A DNA stretch of 64,000 nucleotides from Flavobacteriales bacterium (GCA_016779995.1 JADHMO010000001.1:283411-347410); one strand, 5' to 3'. Shown: positions 9,294 to 19,567, counted from the first letter of the stretch. The notes: generated from the sequence alone by a model not told the origin. A program made the numbers and translations.

Positions 9294-12200
9294 CTACCTC
9301 ATCAAAGTGAAATCACCAAATTTTCTCGTCACTTTTCCTAGTTCATCGACTATACGAACTGACCATAAATAACTACCGGGCATAGCATCATTGCCTTGAG
9401 ATGTTTTGCCATTCCACTTTGCGTTAACATCTTCAGAATAAAAGACAATTTCACCCCATCTATTGGTAATTTGGAATTGGTAATTTTGAATTTTATCAAT
9501 TCTAAATCCATTCACTCCAAAGTCATCGTTTAATCCATCACCATCTGGTGTAAATGAACTTGGAAAATAGTAAATCAGGTTATTTTCTACTAACAATTGT
9601 TTTGAAATAGAATCAGCGCACCCTTTATTATTTTGAACTTTCAAAATAACTTCAAACCATCCCAAGGAATCGTAGGTATGAATGGGCTCCCATTCATCTG
9701 AAGTTTGATTATCACCAAAATCCCATAAAATAGTATCGTCATTCGAGGATAGATTTACAAAAGAAACCTCAGGATTAAGAATTGTAATTTTCTCAGGCTC
9801 AAAATAAAAATCAACATAAGGACGATCTGAAGGAACAAAACTTGTGGATAATGAAGAAGAACAATTTAATACATCAACAATGGTAAGCTCAAAAACTTTA
9901 CTATCATTATCTAGCGGATAGGATAAGTTGTAACTATCAAAACTTAAGTCATCTACCGACCATAAGACGCTTTGAATCGTTGTATCAACACTAGAGTTAT
10001 TAGTGAAAAGTACAGAGTCCTTGTAACAATCTTCCACATAGCTAACGTTAAGAACAGGATTAGGGTTTACTTTTACTTCAATTTGTTGAGGAGTAAAGCA
10101 ATTTTGAGAACCATACTCTCTGAATTCTAAAATATAATCTTCAACAATTGGAAAAGAGACTGCCAATTCTGAAGTATTTTGACCATTTTCTATAATAGCT
10201 CCATTGCCATTGATAAAAACCCATTCTACAGGATTATCAGGACTACTAATATTAGACGAAAATTTAATATCTGAAACACCCGCACAAAGGTTAATGCTTT
10301 GTGGCATTGTTTGTACGCTATCTGAAAATACTGATATTAGACTTGGAGTTGGAATACTATTGATAGTAATATTTAAAGCAGATGTTGAATTACAGCCGAA
10401 TTGGTTGGTGCCTATTACTGAAAATTGATTATCACTCAGGTCAGTAGGCACATAAGTTGTTTGATTGGATAATACATTAGGAATTGACCAAGTATATGTA
10501 TCAAAACCTAAAGAAGCAACTAAGTCTAATTCTTCTCCGATACAAATTGTAGTGGTGTTATTTCCATTAACTGTTAAGTCAATTGGTGTTGACTGATTAA
10601 TAACAAGATTGGCATCATCAGTAGATTGACAACCATTGACATCCGTTACTTCAACAAAATAATTTGTTTCTGTTAAATCAGGTGTTATTTGATTTGTAGT
10701 ATTTAAAATAGTTGGTATCCAATCGTAACTCACGTATCCAGAGGTGGAATTAACAGCTATGGACTCACCAAAGCAAATCACACTATCAGAGAGTGAAACT
10801 TCAACAATAGGTAAATCAAAAATTGTAAGCTCTAAAGAGTCTGAAGACGTACAACCACCATCTCCAGTAATCGTTACTGAGATTTGATTATCTGTTAAGG
10901 ATGTAGGAGTATACATATCTGTATTAGAAGATATGCTCGAGGGTGACCAATCGTAGTTATTATATCCTGCGTTAGTATTTAGGCTTATTGATTCCCCAAT
11001 ACAGATTTCTGAATTATCAACACTTAAGTTTACAATAGGTAAATCATAAACAACAATTGCTAACGAATCCGAACTTGTACAACCACCTTCTCCTGTAACT
11101 GTTAAAGAAATCATATCAACTGATGATGAAGTTGGGAAATAGACATCCGTATTACCAGAAATACTTGAGGGTGTCCAAGAGTAATTGTCATAGCCCGAAT
11201 TTGAACTGACCACTAAGGATTCACCCATACACAGATCGTTATCATCAATTGATAGATTTACAATAGGCAAATCATAAATTGTAAAATCAATAGTTTCTGT
11301 TGATGAACACCCAAAGTCAGAGGTAACTGTTACAGAAATTTGATTGTCTGTCAAAGAAGTAGGCACATAGGTATCTGTATTCGAAGATATTGCTGAAGGT
11401 GTCCAATCGTAATTATTATACCCTGGATTAGTATTTACAATAAGAGATTCTCCTAAACATATTTCAGAATTGTCAATAGTGAGGTTGACAACAGGTAAAT
11501 CATTTATAACTATTTCAAGAGAATCAGTACTTGTACATCCACCCTCTCCAGTAACAGTAAGAAAAATCATATCTTCTGATGAAGAAGAAGGATAATAGAC
11601 ATCTGTGTTTCCTGTTATAGTAGCTGGTGTCCATGAATAATCGTTATAGCCCGGATTTGAAGTAAGCGTCAATGAATCAGTAATGCATATTTCAGAAACT
11701 TCAGCAGAGAGATTCACTATTGGGCTATCATAAATTGTAAAGTCAATAGACTCAGTTGTAGAGCAACCCTCATCGACAGTAATAGTAACAGATATTTGAT
11801 TGTCTGAGGTTGAGTTTGGAGTATATACATTAGAGTTTTGTAAATCGGCAGGAGTCCAAACATAATTGTTATAAGCTTGACTGACACTAACAGTAATAGA
11901 ATCCCCCAAACAAATTTCAGTATTATCAATGTTTAGTGCAGGTATTGGGTTGGCAATGATGGTAGCATCCAATGAGGAAGTATTGCTACAGCCATTAAAA
12001 CTTTCTGTAATTACTACGGCGTTAGAAATTGTACTTACTGGAGTTGCTGACCAATCTACCTGTATGGAGTTAGTTGTTGAAGAACCTACTATGTTTCCTC
12101 CGTTCACAGACCACGAATAATTTGAGCCTTGATTGGCAGGAACGGAATAAGTAACTAACGAAGAAGATCCAAAACAAATAAAGTCTTCGCTTGAAGTAAT

Positions 12201-13748
12201 TTGAGGAGGTGCTACATCTATTACAGTTATTGGTATAGTAGCAAAATCTGTCAAACATTCTCCTGTAACAGTATAGATGTAATCATCACTTGTATTGGTT
12301 TGTGGATTAAATGTCCCAAGATAACCTCCTGAAAGAGTTGGTGACCAAGTACCAGCTTGATTTACATTATTGCCTAAAAAATTAAATAAATTTATTGGAG
12401 GATCATCATAGCATAATGTGTAACCCTGAATATCATTACCTGCATTTACATACTCTGTGATGACAGTAAAAGAAATAATAGCTTCATTTACATAGGATTC
12501 CCATGTTCCTCCACCCCAATTAGGACTATTTATAAAGACTTGAATTGAATATCCAGCATAAACATTAATATCAGTATTTATTGTATTGGTGAAGTTCTGA
12601 TAAGTATTAATAGTCAAATTATTTCCAATTACTGCAATATTTTGAACAAATGCACCAAAATTGTCATACAATGCAATTGTAGCATTATTGACATTAAAAT
12701 TTATGTTACCCCATCCATGACTATGCCAGTTGATATCATAATATAACTCATTGATAACTCCATTTTCTGTAATATCGATGGTAAGGTAATTTATGTTTGT
12801 TTCTAAAAATTGACTAGCTACTTGTTCTCCTGATTCAGAATCACAATACACCACTTCGCAATCATCAACTGTTAAAGGCGTGTAAAAGCAACTACCATCG
12901 TCTTCATTTGCATCAGGTTCAAAATTACAGGCTTCAGGATCTGTACAACCTTCAACATCACAATCTCCAATAGTTTGATCAACAGTTAAATGATTTCCAG
13001 AAAAGATAGTAACTCCAGAGTTATTGACAAGGTTGTAAGAACATTCATATTCCCATAGACCACCGTCTGTAAATGATATATCCAAACAATCTGTTGGATC
13101 TAAACAAATTGTATAAGAAAAAAAGGTTCCTGTAGTAAAATCATATCCACCATAATCTACTCCATTAATAGTCACCAAATGCCCAGAACCATGATCCCAA
13201 CCATCACCAAAAGAGTCAAATAAATTAAGAGTATATTGTTCTTCTCCTTCATCACAATCAGCTTGACAGGTGAAATCAATAGACCACGAATTTAGTGACC
13301 CTGATATAATCCAATCATCATCTCTTATTTGCAAGCGCCATAATCCATTTGCATTCTGACCAATAAGAGCCGATAAATTACCCTCAGGCACATAATCTCC
13401 AGTAAATGGGGCGAATCCTGCAGTTATATTAGTAGTTGCATCCATAGTAAAACAAGTACCTGTATAATTGTCCCCTGAACCACCATTATCAGTAGATAAA
13501 TAAACAATAGTTCCAGAGGGAGAAATTAATCTAATATCAAGATCAGCTGTGTAATTATGTGAAATATTTATGCATACCTTTATATCGCAATTAATTGTAC
13601 CAACAGAATTTACATTGAGATAAAAGTTAGTCCATGCTGATGGTCCAAAAAATGTAGCATCAGGGATATTACCACCACCACCTGTAAAAACTTGAGCCTT
13701 TGAAAAAGAAATACAAAAAAATAAAGCAATTAAAATTAAATACCTCAA
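9294..13748 (-). CDS. giant T9SS cargo/adhesin-like protein: proprotein-convertase P-domain, Ig-like repeats, PKD-like domains and a type-B CTD
   Basis: 1484 aa with a signal peptide. It has a P-domain-like N-terminus (HNYTADLDIRLISPSGT...GLWRLQIRDD), tandem ~76-aa repeats, and the C-terminus FTPDGDGLNDDF...ITNRWGE...WNG...PGSYLW. Confidence 0.85.
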   Translation of the reverse strand: MRYLILIALFFCISFSKAQVFTGGGGNIPDATFFGPSAWTNFYLNVNSVGTINCDIKVCINISHNYTADLDIRLISPSGTIVYLSTDNGGSGDNYTGTCFTMDATTNITAGFAPFTGDYVPEGNLSALIGQNANGLWRLQIRDDDWIISGSLNSWSIDFTCQADCDEGEEQYTLNLFDSFGDGWDHGSGHLVTINGVDYGGYDFTTGTFFSYTICLDPTDCLDISFTDGGLWEYECSYNLVNNSGVTIFSGNHLTVDQTIGDCDVEGCTDPEACNFEPDANEDDGSCFYTPLTVDDCEVVYCDSESGEQVASQFLETNINYLTIDITENGVINELYYDINWHSHGWGNINFNVNNATIALYDNFGAFVQNIAVIGNNLTINTYQNFTNTINTDINVYAGYSIQVFINSPNWGGGTWESYVNEAIISFTVITEYVNAGNDIQGYTLCYDDPPINLFNFLGNNVNQAGTWSPTLSGGYLGTFNPQTNTSDDYIYTVTGECLTDFATIPITVIDVAPPQITSSEDFICFGSSSLVTYSVPANQGSNYSWSVNGGNIVGSSTTNSIQVDWSATPVSTISNAVVITESFNGCSNTSSLDATIIANPIPALNIDNTEICLGDSITVSVSQAYNNYVWTPADLQNSNVYTPNSTSDNQISVTITVDEGCSTTESIDFTIYDSPIVNLSAEVSEICITDSLTLTSNPGYNDYSWTPATITGNTDVYYPSSSSEDMIFLTVTGEGGCTSTDSLEIVINDLPVVNLTIDNSEICLGESLIVNTNPGYNNYDWTPSAISSNTDTYVPTSLTDNQISVTVTSDFGCSSTETIDFTIYDLPIVNLSIDDNDLCMGESLVVSSNSGYDNYSWTPSSISGNTDVYFPTSSSVDMISLTVTGEGGCTSSDSLAIVVYDLPIVNLSVDNSEICIGESISLNTNAGYNNYDWSPSSISSNTDMYTPTSLTDNQISVTITGDGGCTSSDSLELTIFDLPIVEVSLSDSVICFGESIAVNSTSGYVSYDWIPTILNTTNQITPDLTETNYFVEVTDVNGCQSTDDANLVINQSTPIDLTVNGNNTTTICIGEELDLVASLGFDTYTWSIPNVLSNQTTYVPTDLSDNQFSVIGTNQFGCNSTSALNITINSIPTPSLISVFSDSVQTMPQSINLCAGVSDIKFSSNISSPDNPVEWVFINGNGAIIENGQNTSELAVSFPIVEDYILEFREYGSQNCFTPQQIEVKVNPNPVLNVSYVEDCYKDSVLFTNNSSVDTTIQSVLWSVDDLSFDSYNLSYPLDNDSKVFELTIVDVLNCSSSLSTSFVPSDRPYVDFYFEPEKITILNPEVSFVNLSSNDDTILWDFGDNQTSDEWEPIHTYDSLGWFEVILKVQNNKGCADSISKQLLVENNLIYYFPSSFTPDGDGLNDDFGVNGFRIDKIQNYQFQITNRWGEIVFYSEDVNAKWNGKTSQGNDAMPGSYLWSVRIVDELGKVTRKFGDFTLMR
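10803..11935 (-). repeat. in-frame tandem coding repeats of about 228 bp, alternating as A-B-A-B-A, inside the giant adhesin gene
   Basis: Type A units carry GYNNYDWTPS.ISSNTD.Y.PTSLTDNQISVT. Type B units carry GY(N/D)(D/N)YSWTP..I.GNTDVY.P.SSS.DMI.LTVTGEGGCTS.DSL. Boundaries are approximate. Confidence 0.8.
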
Positions 13749-13775
13749 TGTCGTACTTGTTAAGTTTTATGTGTA

Positions 13776-13783
13776 CAAATATA
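13776..13783 (-). promoter_or_regulatory. -7 box TATATTTG upstream of the giant adhesin gene
   Basis: The reverse complement of caaatata matches TAnnTTTG, 27 nt upstream of the ATG at 13748. Confidence 0.4.
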
Positions 13784-13821
13784 ACAAATAGAACCTTAAC
13801 AAGGTTATCTAAGGAAAAGAG

Positions 13822-15231
13822 CTATTGCACTATAAGTCGCTCAAAATCGGCGAATCGAATTATATTAAATTTGGTGTTGGATTTAAAAGAAGTATTTGGA
13901 AAAGTTTCAAAATCGAGAAGACCTTTGAATTCACTAGATAAGAAGTATAGACACTGTTGATAAGCTGAATAAGCATACTTCTCTGGATAAGAGAAGTACC
14001 TTTGATAATAATTATTAACGAAATCTGAGTAAAACTGACTGTTATCGTTCATAAAGATTGACGGTAAATGAACATTTAGATTCACCAAATCATAATAATC
14101 TAAATTATCGAACCTATTCCATGTATTGAGCCCATAAATAGTAAACACTGTATCCTCCATACTTCCTAAAGTAGGTAGCAACCTACTGACAAACGAGCGG
14201 TCATTTGAAGGGATAATCATAATATTTTTATCCGATTTTAATTTACTTTTTAATAAATCCCTATCAGACAATTGGTTTTCATCGAAAGTAAATACCTGAC
14301 ATCTTCTATTCATTATTTGCAAACTCAATTTCTTTTTAGCATAAGAAAAAAGGTCATCTTCTCCGTCCTGTCCCAGTAATATTAATTCATCGCTAGTATT
14401 ATTAAGCAAAAGATAATCAATCAATGCGTCAATTTGAACGTAAGACAAAGGAACCGATTGATAAATATTCAAATACTTATTTTTTACACTCATGTAAGAC
14501 AAAGGAGAAATGAGTTTCTTTTTGGTATCATATCCATAAAATTTGGCTAATTCTTCGAACTGCCTAATGTATATTGGTCCAAAAATATATTCCCTATCAT
14601 ACAATACGTTAGAGGTAAGTATGGATTCAAAAACAGAGTCATTTGGTACATCTAACACCATCAAGTCAATATTGTATCCCAATTCAGTTAAACTATCTAT
14701 AGCTAGTTGAAAACCAAAATAAAAATCTAAAGCTACTTTTGACTTGGGATAAACCAAATTCTTATTGTTATTATTAACTTTTAGAGAATCGTTTAAATCC
14801 AAATAAAAAGGTAACAACAAAGCCACTTTAATTTTTGTAGTATCTAGCTCATAAGTTGGGAGATTTGAAATCTGAAAATCCGCATTATTTATGATTTTTT
14901 TGGAAAGAGTTTCCGAACTGATAGGCTTTGTTGACTGTGATACTGTGTTATTATCAATTGGTTTTACTATGGTGTGACGTAAAGGAACTAATAATTTGAA
15001 ACCAACATGCAAACCTTGAATAACCGCTGGATTAGATATTACTAAATCATTTAATTCAGCATTGTATTGTCTCGAAATGCCATATAGCGTTTCTCTAGGT
15101 TGAACAACATGTATAGCAAAAGGTTTATTGTCAATAATTGTATCCTGCTGAGCCTCAGCAAAAAAAGTGCTAAAGACACTGAATAAAACTATACAAATTG
15201 CCGACTTAGTCATAAATAATTTAACTTTCAA
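13822..15231 (-). CDS. LysM domain protein with a periplasmic-binding-protein-like C-terminal region
   Basis: 469 aa with a signal peptide. The LysM motif is HVVQPRETLYGISRQYNAELNDLVISNP. Confidence 0.7.
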   Translation of the reverse strand: MKVKLFMTKSAICIVLFSVFSTFFAEAQQDTIIDNKPFAIHVVQPRETLYGISRQYNAELNDLVISNPAVIQGLHVGFKLLVPLRHTIVKPIDNNTVSQSTKPISSETLSKKIINNADFQISNLPTYELDTTKIKVALLLPFYLDLNDSLKVNNNNKNLVYPKSKVALDFYFGFQLAIDSLTELGYNIDLMVLDVPNDSVFESILTSNVLYDREYIFGPIYIRQFEELAKFYGYDTKKKLISPLSYMSVKNKYLNIYQSVPLSYVQIDALIDYLLLNNTSDELILLGQDGEDDLFSYAKKKLSLQIMNRRCQVFTFDENQLSDRDLLKSKLKSDKNIMIIPSNDRSFVSRLLPTLGSMEDTVFTIYGLNTWNRFDNLDYYDLVNLNVHLPSIFMNDNSQFYSDFVNNYYQRYFSYPEKYAYSAYQQCLYFLSSEFKGLLDFETFPNTSFKSNTKFNIIRFADFERLIVQ

Positions 15232-15243
15232 AATCTCTTTTTA

Positions 15244-16779
15244 TTATTCCCATTCTATTGTAGCTGGTGGCTTAGAGCTGATATCATAAACCACTCTGTT
15301 AATACCTTTGACTTTATTGATAATGTCGTTAGATACTTTCGCTAAAAACTCATAGGGCAAATGAACCCAATCGGCTGTCATTCCATCTGTGGATTCTACA
15401 GCTCTCAAAGCTACTGCATTTTCATAGGTTCTTTCATCACCCATTACCCCAACCGATTGTACAGGTAAGAAGATAGCACCAGCTTGCCAAACCTTATCGT
15501 ACAGACCTTCTGAAATTAGTGAGGATATAAAAATATGATCAACTTCTTGTAAAATTCTAACTTTCTCTTTAGTTACGTCTCCTAGAATACGAATAGCCAA
15601 ACCAGGACCAGGAAAAGGGTGTCTTCCTAAAAGAGATTCATCAATATCCATAGAACGACCTATTCTCCTTACTTCATCTTTAAATAATGTATTTAAGGGC
15701 TCAACCACTTTCAACTTCATAAAATCTGGAAGTCCACCTACATTATGATGAGATTTGATAGTAGCTGAAGGCCCTCCAGTAGCAGATACAGATTCTATAA
15801 CATCAGGATATATTGTTCCTTGTGCCAACCATTTAACATCTTCAATTAGGTGTGCTTCATCATCAAAAATATCTATGAACTTGTTGCCAATAGCTTTTCG
15901 TTTAGCTTCGGGATCACTTAGGCCATCTAGAACCTCATAAAAGCGTTCTTTAGAATCAACACCTTTGACATTTAGACCCATACCCTTGTATTGTTCCAAT
16001 ACATTTTCGAATTCATTTTTGCGAAGTAAACCGTTGTCAACAAATATGCAGTATAAATTAGCACCAATGGCCTTGTGTAATAGCACACCAGCAACAGTTG
16101 AATCCACTCCTCCAGACAATCCTAAAACCACTTTATCGTTACCTAATTTGGCTTTCAAATCTTCAACTGTTCGTTGCACAAATGATTCTGCCGTCCAGTC
16201 TTGAGCACACTCACAAATGTTAACTAAAAAATTTGAAAGCAACTGTTTTCCGTCTGTTGAATGATAGACTTCAGGATGAAATTGAATAGCAAATGTTTTT
16301 TCTTTAGTTATTTGGTAACCAGCTACTTGCACGTCTTTAGTTGAAGTGATTATTTCAAACCCTTCAGGCAAGGTTGTTATGGTGTCTCCATGGCTCATCC
16401 ATACTTGTGAACCTTCAGAAATACCTTCCAAAAGCGGATTAGATGAATGGACAAAAGAAAGATTGGCTCTACCATATTCTCTAATTTTTGAGGGCAATAC
16501 TTCTCCCCCGCTGACCTTAGCTAAATGTTGTGCGCCATAACAAACTCCAAGTAATGGAAGTACGCCTTTTATACCTTCTAAATTTGGGATAGGTGCATGC
16601 TCATCACGCACAGAAAAAGGACTTCCTGAAAGGATTACACCTTTAATATTATCAGTCAATTCAGGTATTTTATTGTATGGATGTATTTCACAATAGATGT
16701 TTAATTCTCTTACCCTCCTAGCGATGAGCTGAGTATATTGTGAACCAAAATCTAGAATAAGAATTTTTTCTTGAGCCAT
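15244..16779 (-). CDS. guaA: GMP synthase (glutamine-hydrolysing)
   Basis: 511 aa. It has the N-terminal [20 protein letters not shown] motif, the GATase Cys (GVCYGAQ), the PP-loop SGGVDSTV, and the C-terminal PATIEWE. Confidence 0.97.
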   Translation of the reverse strand: MAQEKILILDFGSQYTQLIARRVRELNIYCEIHPYNKIPELTDNIKGVILSGSPFSVRDEHAPIPNLEGIKGVLPLLGVCYGAQHLAKVSGGEVLPSKIREYGRANLSFVHSSNPLLEGISEGSQVWMSHGDTITTLPEGFEIITSTKDVQVAGYQITKEKTFAIQFHPEVYHSTDGKQLLSNFLVNICECAQDWTAESFVQRTVEDLKAKLGNDKVVLGLSGGVDSTVAGVLLHKAIGANLYCIFVDNGLLRKNEFENVLEQYKGMGLNVKGVDSKERFYEVLDGLSDPEAKRKAIGNKFIDIFDDEAHLIEDVKWLAQGTIYPDVIESVSATGGPSATIKSHHNVGGLPDFMKLKVVEPLNTLFKDEVRRIGRSMDIDESLLGRHPFPGPGLAIRILGDVTKEKVRILQEVDHIFISSLISEGLYDKVWQAGAIFLPVQSVGVMGDERTYENAVALRAVESTDGMTADWVHLPYEFLAKVSNDIINKVKGINRVVYDISSKPPATIEWE

Positions 16780-16789
16780 TTATAAATTA

Positions 16790-18313
16790 TTAAAGCGGTA
16801 AAACTACAAAATTAGTATCTAGTGGATTAAGCTCTTCCTTCAACTTTTTTATAAAGTTATCACCATACTTTAGGTAATATGGAATAAAGTTATTGTAACG
16901 CTCTTGTAAAATTCGGTTTGGGAAAAAACTCATTTTAATTTTAGAAATTTGAGATAAAGCTACTTCATGCTTTTGCTTTTCTACTTTGTGTAGTTTTTTA
17001 CTTAAATTTTCAAGAGATTTCTTTTGCCTTTGATGTTCGGCATCTATCATAGACTGATATGCTTTATCGTCAAATTTATCCTTGATAGAATGAAACATTT
17101 CGCTCAAAGACTCCACTTGACTTTCTAGTGATACATTAGCCTGATTTTGAACATATTTCTTGTGTAAATCGGATTCTGAACTAAAGAAATCTTCAAATGA
17201 AAAACCTAAGTGATTTATTTTATCTATCTGAGATGGTGTAGTTAAGATGACTGAATTTCTCAAAACCAAGATAGGAAATGGTATGTGTTCAGACTCAAAA
17301 GCTGTTTTCAACTGCATCCAATAGGACAATTCGGCACCACCCCCAATATAAGCTAGGTTAGGGAGTACCATCTCCTGAAACAAGGGACGTAATAATACGT
17401 TAGGACTAAATTTCTCAGGATTGGATTCAATTACTTTAGCATCTAATCTGTCTAAGACCCTTTTTCTACTACCCTGCTCTAATTGGAAAAAATTACACTC
17501 TCTAACATAAGCCTGTGCTTTGTAATTTTCACTGAGCTTTTCCGATTGTGAAGCAATAAGAGGATAAAATGAATGGTCTTGTATGTCTTTCTTCATAATA
17601 GCCACAAAGGACTTTTTTAGCTGAATATCATCACCGTCAATGATAACAAGTCCATCGTCTTTAAATAATTCATTTATCAAAACACGTGTGGCTTGGGCTA
17701 GATTAGCTGAAGAATAGGCTTTATGAAAAATAGCTTTTAACCGCTCAGCATTTTCACCCTTACCCATAAGTAAGTTTATATCTTCAAGAACACTTGAGAA
17801 GTCAGATAAGTTCATTCTACCAACTGCCCCACTCTGACTGCTATCCCATCGAATAGTCTGACCAAATAAATGGATGTGATTTATCTCATCAAAATCATGA
17901 TCTTCACTAGCTAACCAAAATACTGGCACAAAATGTTTAGAAGGGTATTTTTCCTTTAAAGCAAGACTTAAATTAATAGTAGAAACGATTTTATACAGGA
18001 AATACAAAGGCCCCGTAAAAATACACAACTGATGGCCTGTAGTTATTGTAAAAGTGTCTTTAGATTCTAGTGATTCTATGTTAGATTGTGTCAAATCCGA
18101 TATATCAATAGCTTGGTTTTGTTTTTTCAAAACATCAACTAAAGTCATTCTATCAATAGGGAATTGGCTTTTTTCTTCCATCTGATTATGAAAGCTATCA
18201 ATAGTATTGTAACGGCCATAAAAAGAAGATAATTCGGTACTTTCAGACAAATAGTCTTGTACCAAAGGACTTAAAAAGTTAATTTTACGATATGGTATTT
18301 TAATAGAACTCAC
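16790..18313 (-). CDS. bshC: bacillithiol biosynthesis cysteine-adding enzyme BshC
   Basis: 507 aa. Length and N-terminal pattern (L.QDYL....L..FY) are typical of BshC, and a bshB1 homologue lies at 55445-56152 in the same window. Confidence 0.75.
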   Translation of the reverse strand: MSSIKIPYRKINFLSPLVQDYLSESTELSSFYGRYNTIDSFHNQMEEKSQFPIDRMTLVDVLKKQNQAIDISDLTQSNIESLESKDTFTITTGHQLCIFTGPLYFLYKIVSTINLSLALKEKYPSKHFVPVFWLASEDHDFDEINHIHLFGQTIRWDSSQSGAVGRMNLSDFSSVLEDINLLMGKGENAERLKAIFHKAYSSANLAQATRVLINELFKDDGLVIIDGDDIQLKKSFVAIMKKDIQDHSFYPLIASQSEKLSENYKAQAYVRECNFFQLEQGSRKRVLDRLDAKVIESNPEKFSPNVLLRPLFQEMVLPNLAYIGGGAELSYWMQLKTAFESEHIPFPILVLRNSVILTTPSQIDKINHLGFSFEDFFSSESDLHKKYVQNQANVSLESQVESLSEMFHSIKDKFDDKAYQSMIDAEHQRQKKSLENLSKKLHKVEKQKHEVALSQISKIKMSFFPNRILQERYNNFIPYYLKYGDNFIKKLKEELNPLDTNFVVLPL

Positions 18314-18388
18314 TTAGCGCAAAAGTAAGTAAAAAGTAATTTTTATTTACCTAATAAAATAAGTGATGAACCAAATCGTTTTTAAATC

Positions 18389-18949
18389 ATGAAAATAAAT
18401 CTCTTACTTCATTTAATTCTTTTCTCTGCAATAGTCCATGCTCAAGATGTTGTCGATAATTATGATTATAGTCAATCCGACAAAATCAGCGAACAAACCA
18501 TAACCATAGAACCTTATTTACAACTAAGTAATGGTGCATTTTTCACTTCTCTGACACTAGTTTCCGACAATCCCTACGTAGATTATGTAAAAGGCTTTGA
18601 CTTTAATTGGGGGATTCGATATCAACTCAAAGTAAAAGAACGCATTTTTGCTATGCCACCAGAAGACATGTCAGATAGAGAATTCGAGCTTATAGAAGTG
18701 CTTTTACAGACACCAGCCAAAGATAACTTCGAGATGATACTAATCAACGAATTTTATCTCTCTGAACCCAAAGGAGAATCGATTTCAAAACTTAAAGCAG
18801 GACGATATCGCTATCATGACGAAATGGAATTTAATGTACCGCCTAAGCTTCGTGCAGAATTTGACAGAAAGATGAAAAAGAAAAGCTATTGCAAAGGTTA
18901 TTTTGGATTCGATAAAGACGATAACATTATCTTGTTAAAAATAGAATAA
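18389..18949 (+). CDS. secreted hypothetical protein (possibly DUF4377-like)
   Basis: 186 aa with a signal peptide. The motif GFDFNWGIRYQLKV...PPEDMSDREFELIEVL recalls DUF4377 from memory only. Confidence 0.4.
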   Translation: MKINLLLHLILFSAIVHAQDVVDNYDYSQSDKISEQTITIEPYLQLSNGAFFTSLTLVSDNPYVDYVKGFDFNWGIRYQLKVKERIFAMPPEDMSDREFELIEVLLQTPAKDNFEMILINEFYLSEPKGESISKLKAGRYRYHDEMEFNVPPKLRAEFDRKMKKKSYCKGYFGFDKDDNIILLKIE

Positions 18950-19105
18950 ACTAAAAATCGCTATGAAAAAACTAATCGTATTAATACTCATCTCCAACGT
19001 ACTGTTTGCATAGGAATACTCTAATTCAGCTCTGTCTTTCTCATACATACCTCGTATTAGAATTCTAGACCATAAGTACGAAGGAAGTAATGACATTTAG
19101 ATTAA

Positions 19106-19135
19106 TTTGTAGGTTAAAATAAATTGATACCTTTG
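19106..19135 (+). promoter_or_regulatory. candidate promoter: -33 TTTG (19106-19109), 18-nt spacer, -7 TACCTTTG (19128-19135)
   Basis: Both consensus elements are present, and the ATG at 19158 lies 22 nt downstream. Confidence 0.5.
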
Positions 19136-19157
19136 CTTAACTTAAAAAATTTGAACC

Positions 19158-19565
19158 ATGAAATATTTAACTTTACTCTCTTTGATCTTTATCCTTTTTT
19201 CTTGCGACCCAGAAGAAAAAGCAGTTACTCCAGACCCTAGCATAACACCTCCTGAATGGATTCGAGGCAGTTGGACTTATACAGACTCTAGCAATTATAC
19301 TGAAAACCTCATTATTTCAGAAGACGATATTGTTCACGAACGTTTATTAAGTACAGGTAAAAAATCTACAAGCTACATGGATTCGTGTAAAGAGTATAGC
19401 ATATCAGTAAACCAAGAAATCAAATACAACAGTTATTTTCATATTAAATTTACCGATAAAAACGATAGCATTAATCTACTTTATCTAGCAAAAATAGCAG
19501 GAGATGAAATTAGAGCAATCGACGAAATAAGCCCTACACCTAAGTCTTATACTAGAGTGAATTAG
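19158..19565 (+). CDS. hypothetical lipoprotein (tandem paralogue 1)
   Basis: 135 aa with the lipobox LFSC. It shares the PPEWIRGSWTY motif with the next gene. Confidence 0.6.
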   Translation: MKYLTLLSLIFILFSCDPEEKAVTPDPSITPPEWIRGSWTYTDSSNYTENLIISEDDIVHERLLSTGKKSTSYMDSCKEYSISVNQEIKYNSYFHIKFTDKNDSINLLYLAKIAGDEIRAIDEISPTPKSYTRVN

Positions 19566-19567
19566 GC

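Noticed and set aside
10803-11935. The regularly spaced ~228-bp repeats could have been a CRISPR-like or other non-coding array
   Set aside because: The repeats are in frame within one long ORF and encode Ig-like modules. The unit length is far larger than a CRISPR repeat-spacer unit, and no cas genes are present.
7287-12258. Short ORFs overlapping the adhesin genes (7287-7487, 10204-10428, 11717-11929, 11929-12120, 12070-12258)
   Set aside because: These are alternative-frame or antisense ORFs produced by the repetitive coding sequence. The long frame carries coherent domain repeats and a CTD.
13700-13960. 86-aa ORF spanning the adhesin/LysM intergenic region
   Set aside because: It overlaps the 5' end of the adhesin gene and the 3' end of the LysM gene on the opposite strand, and has no motifs. 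The region is better explained as promoter (-7 box at 13776-13783).
15755-16540. Three plus-strand ORFs inside guaA
   Set aside because: They are antisense to a highly conserved gene and so are shadow ORFs.
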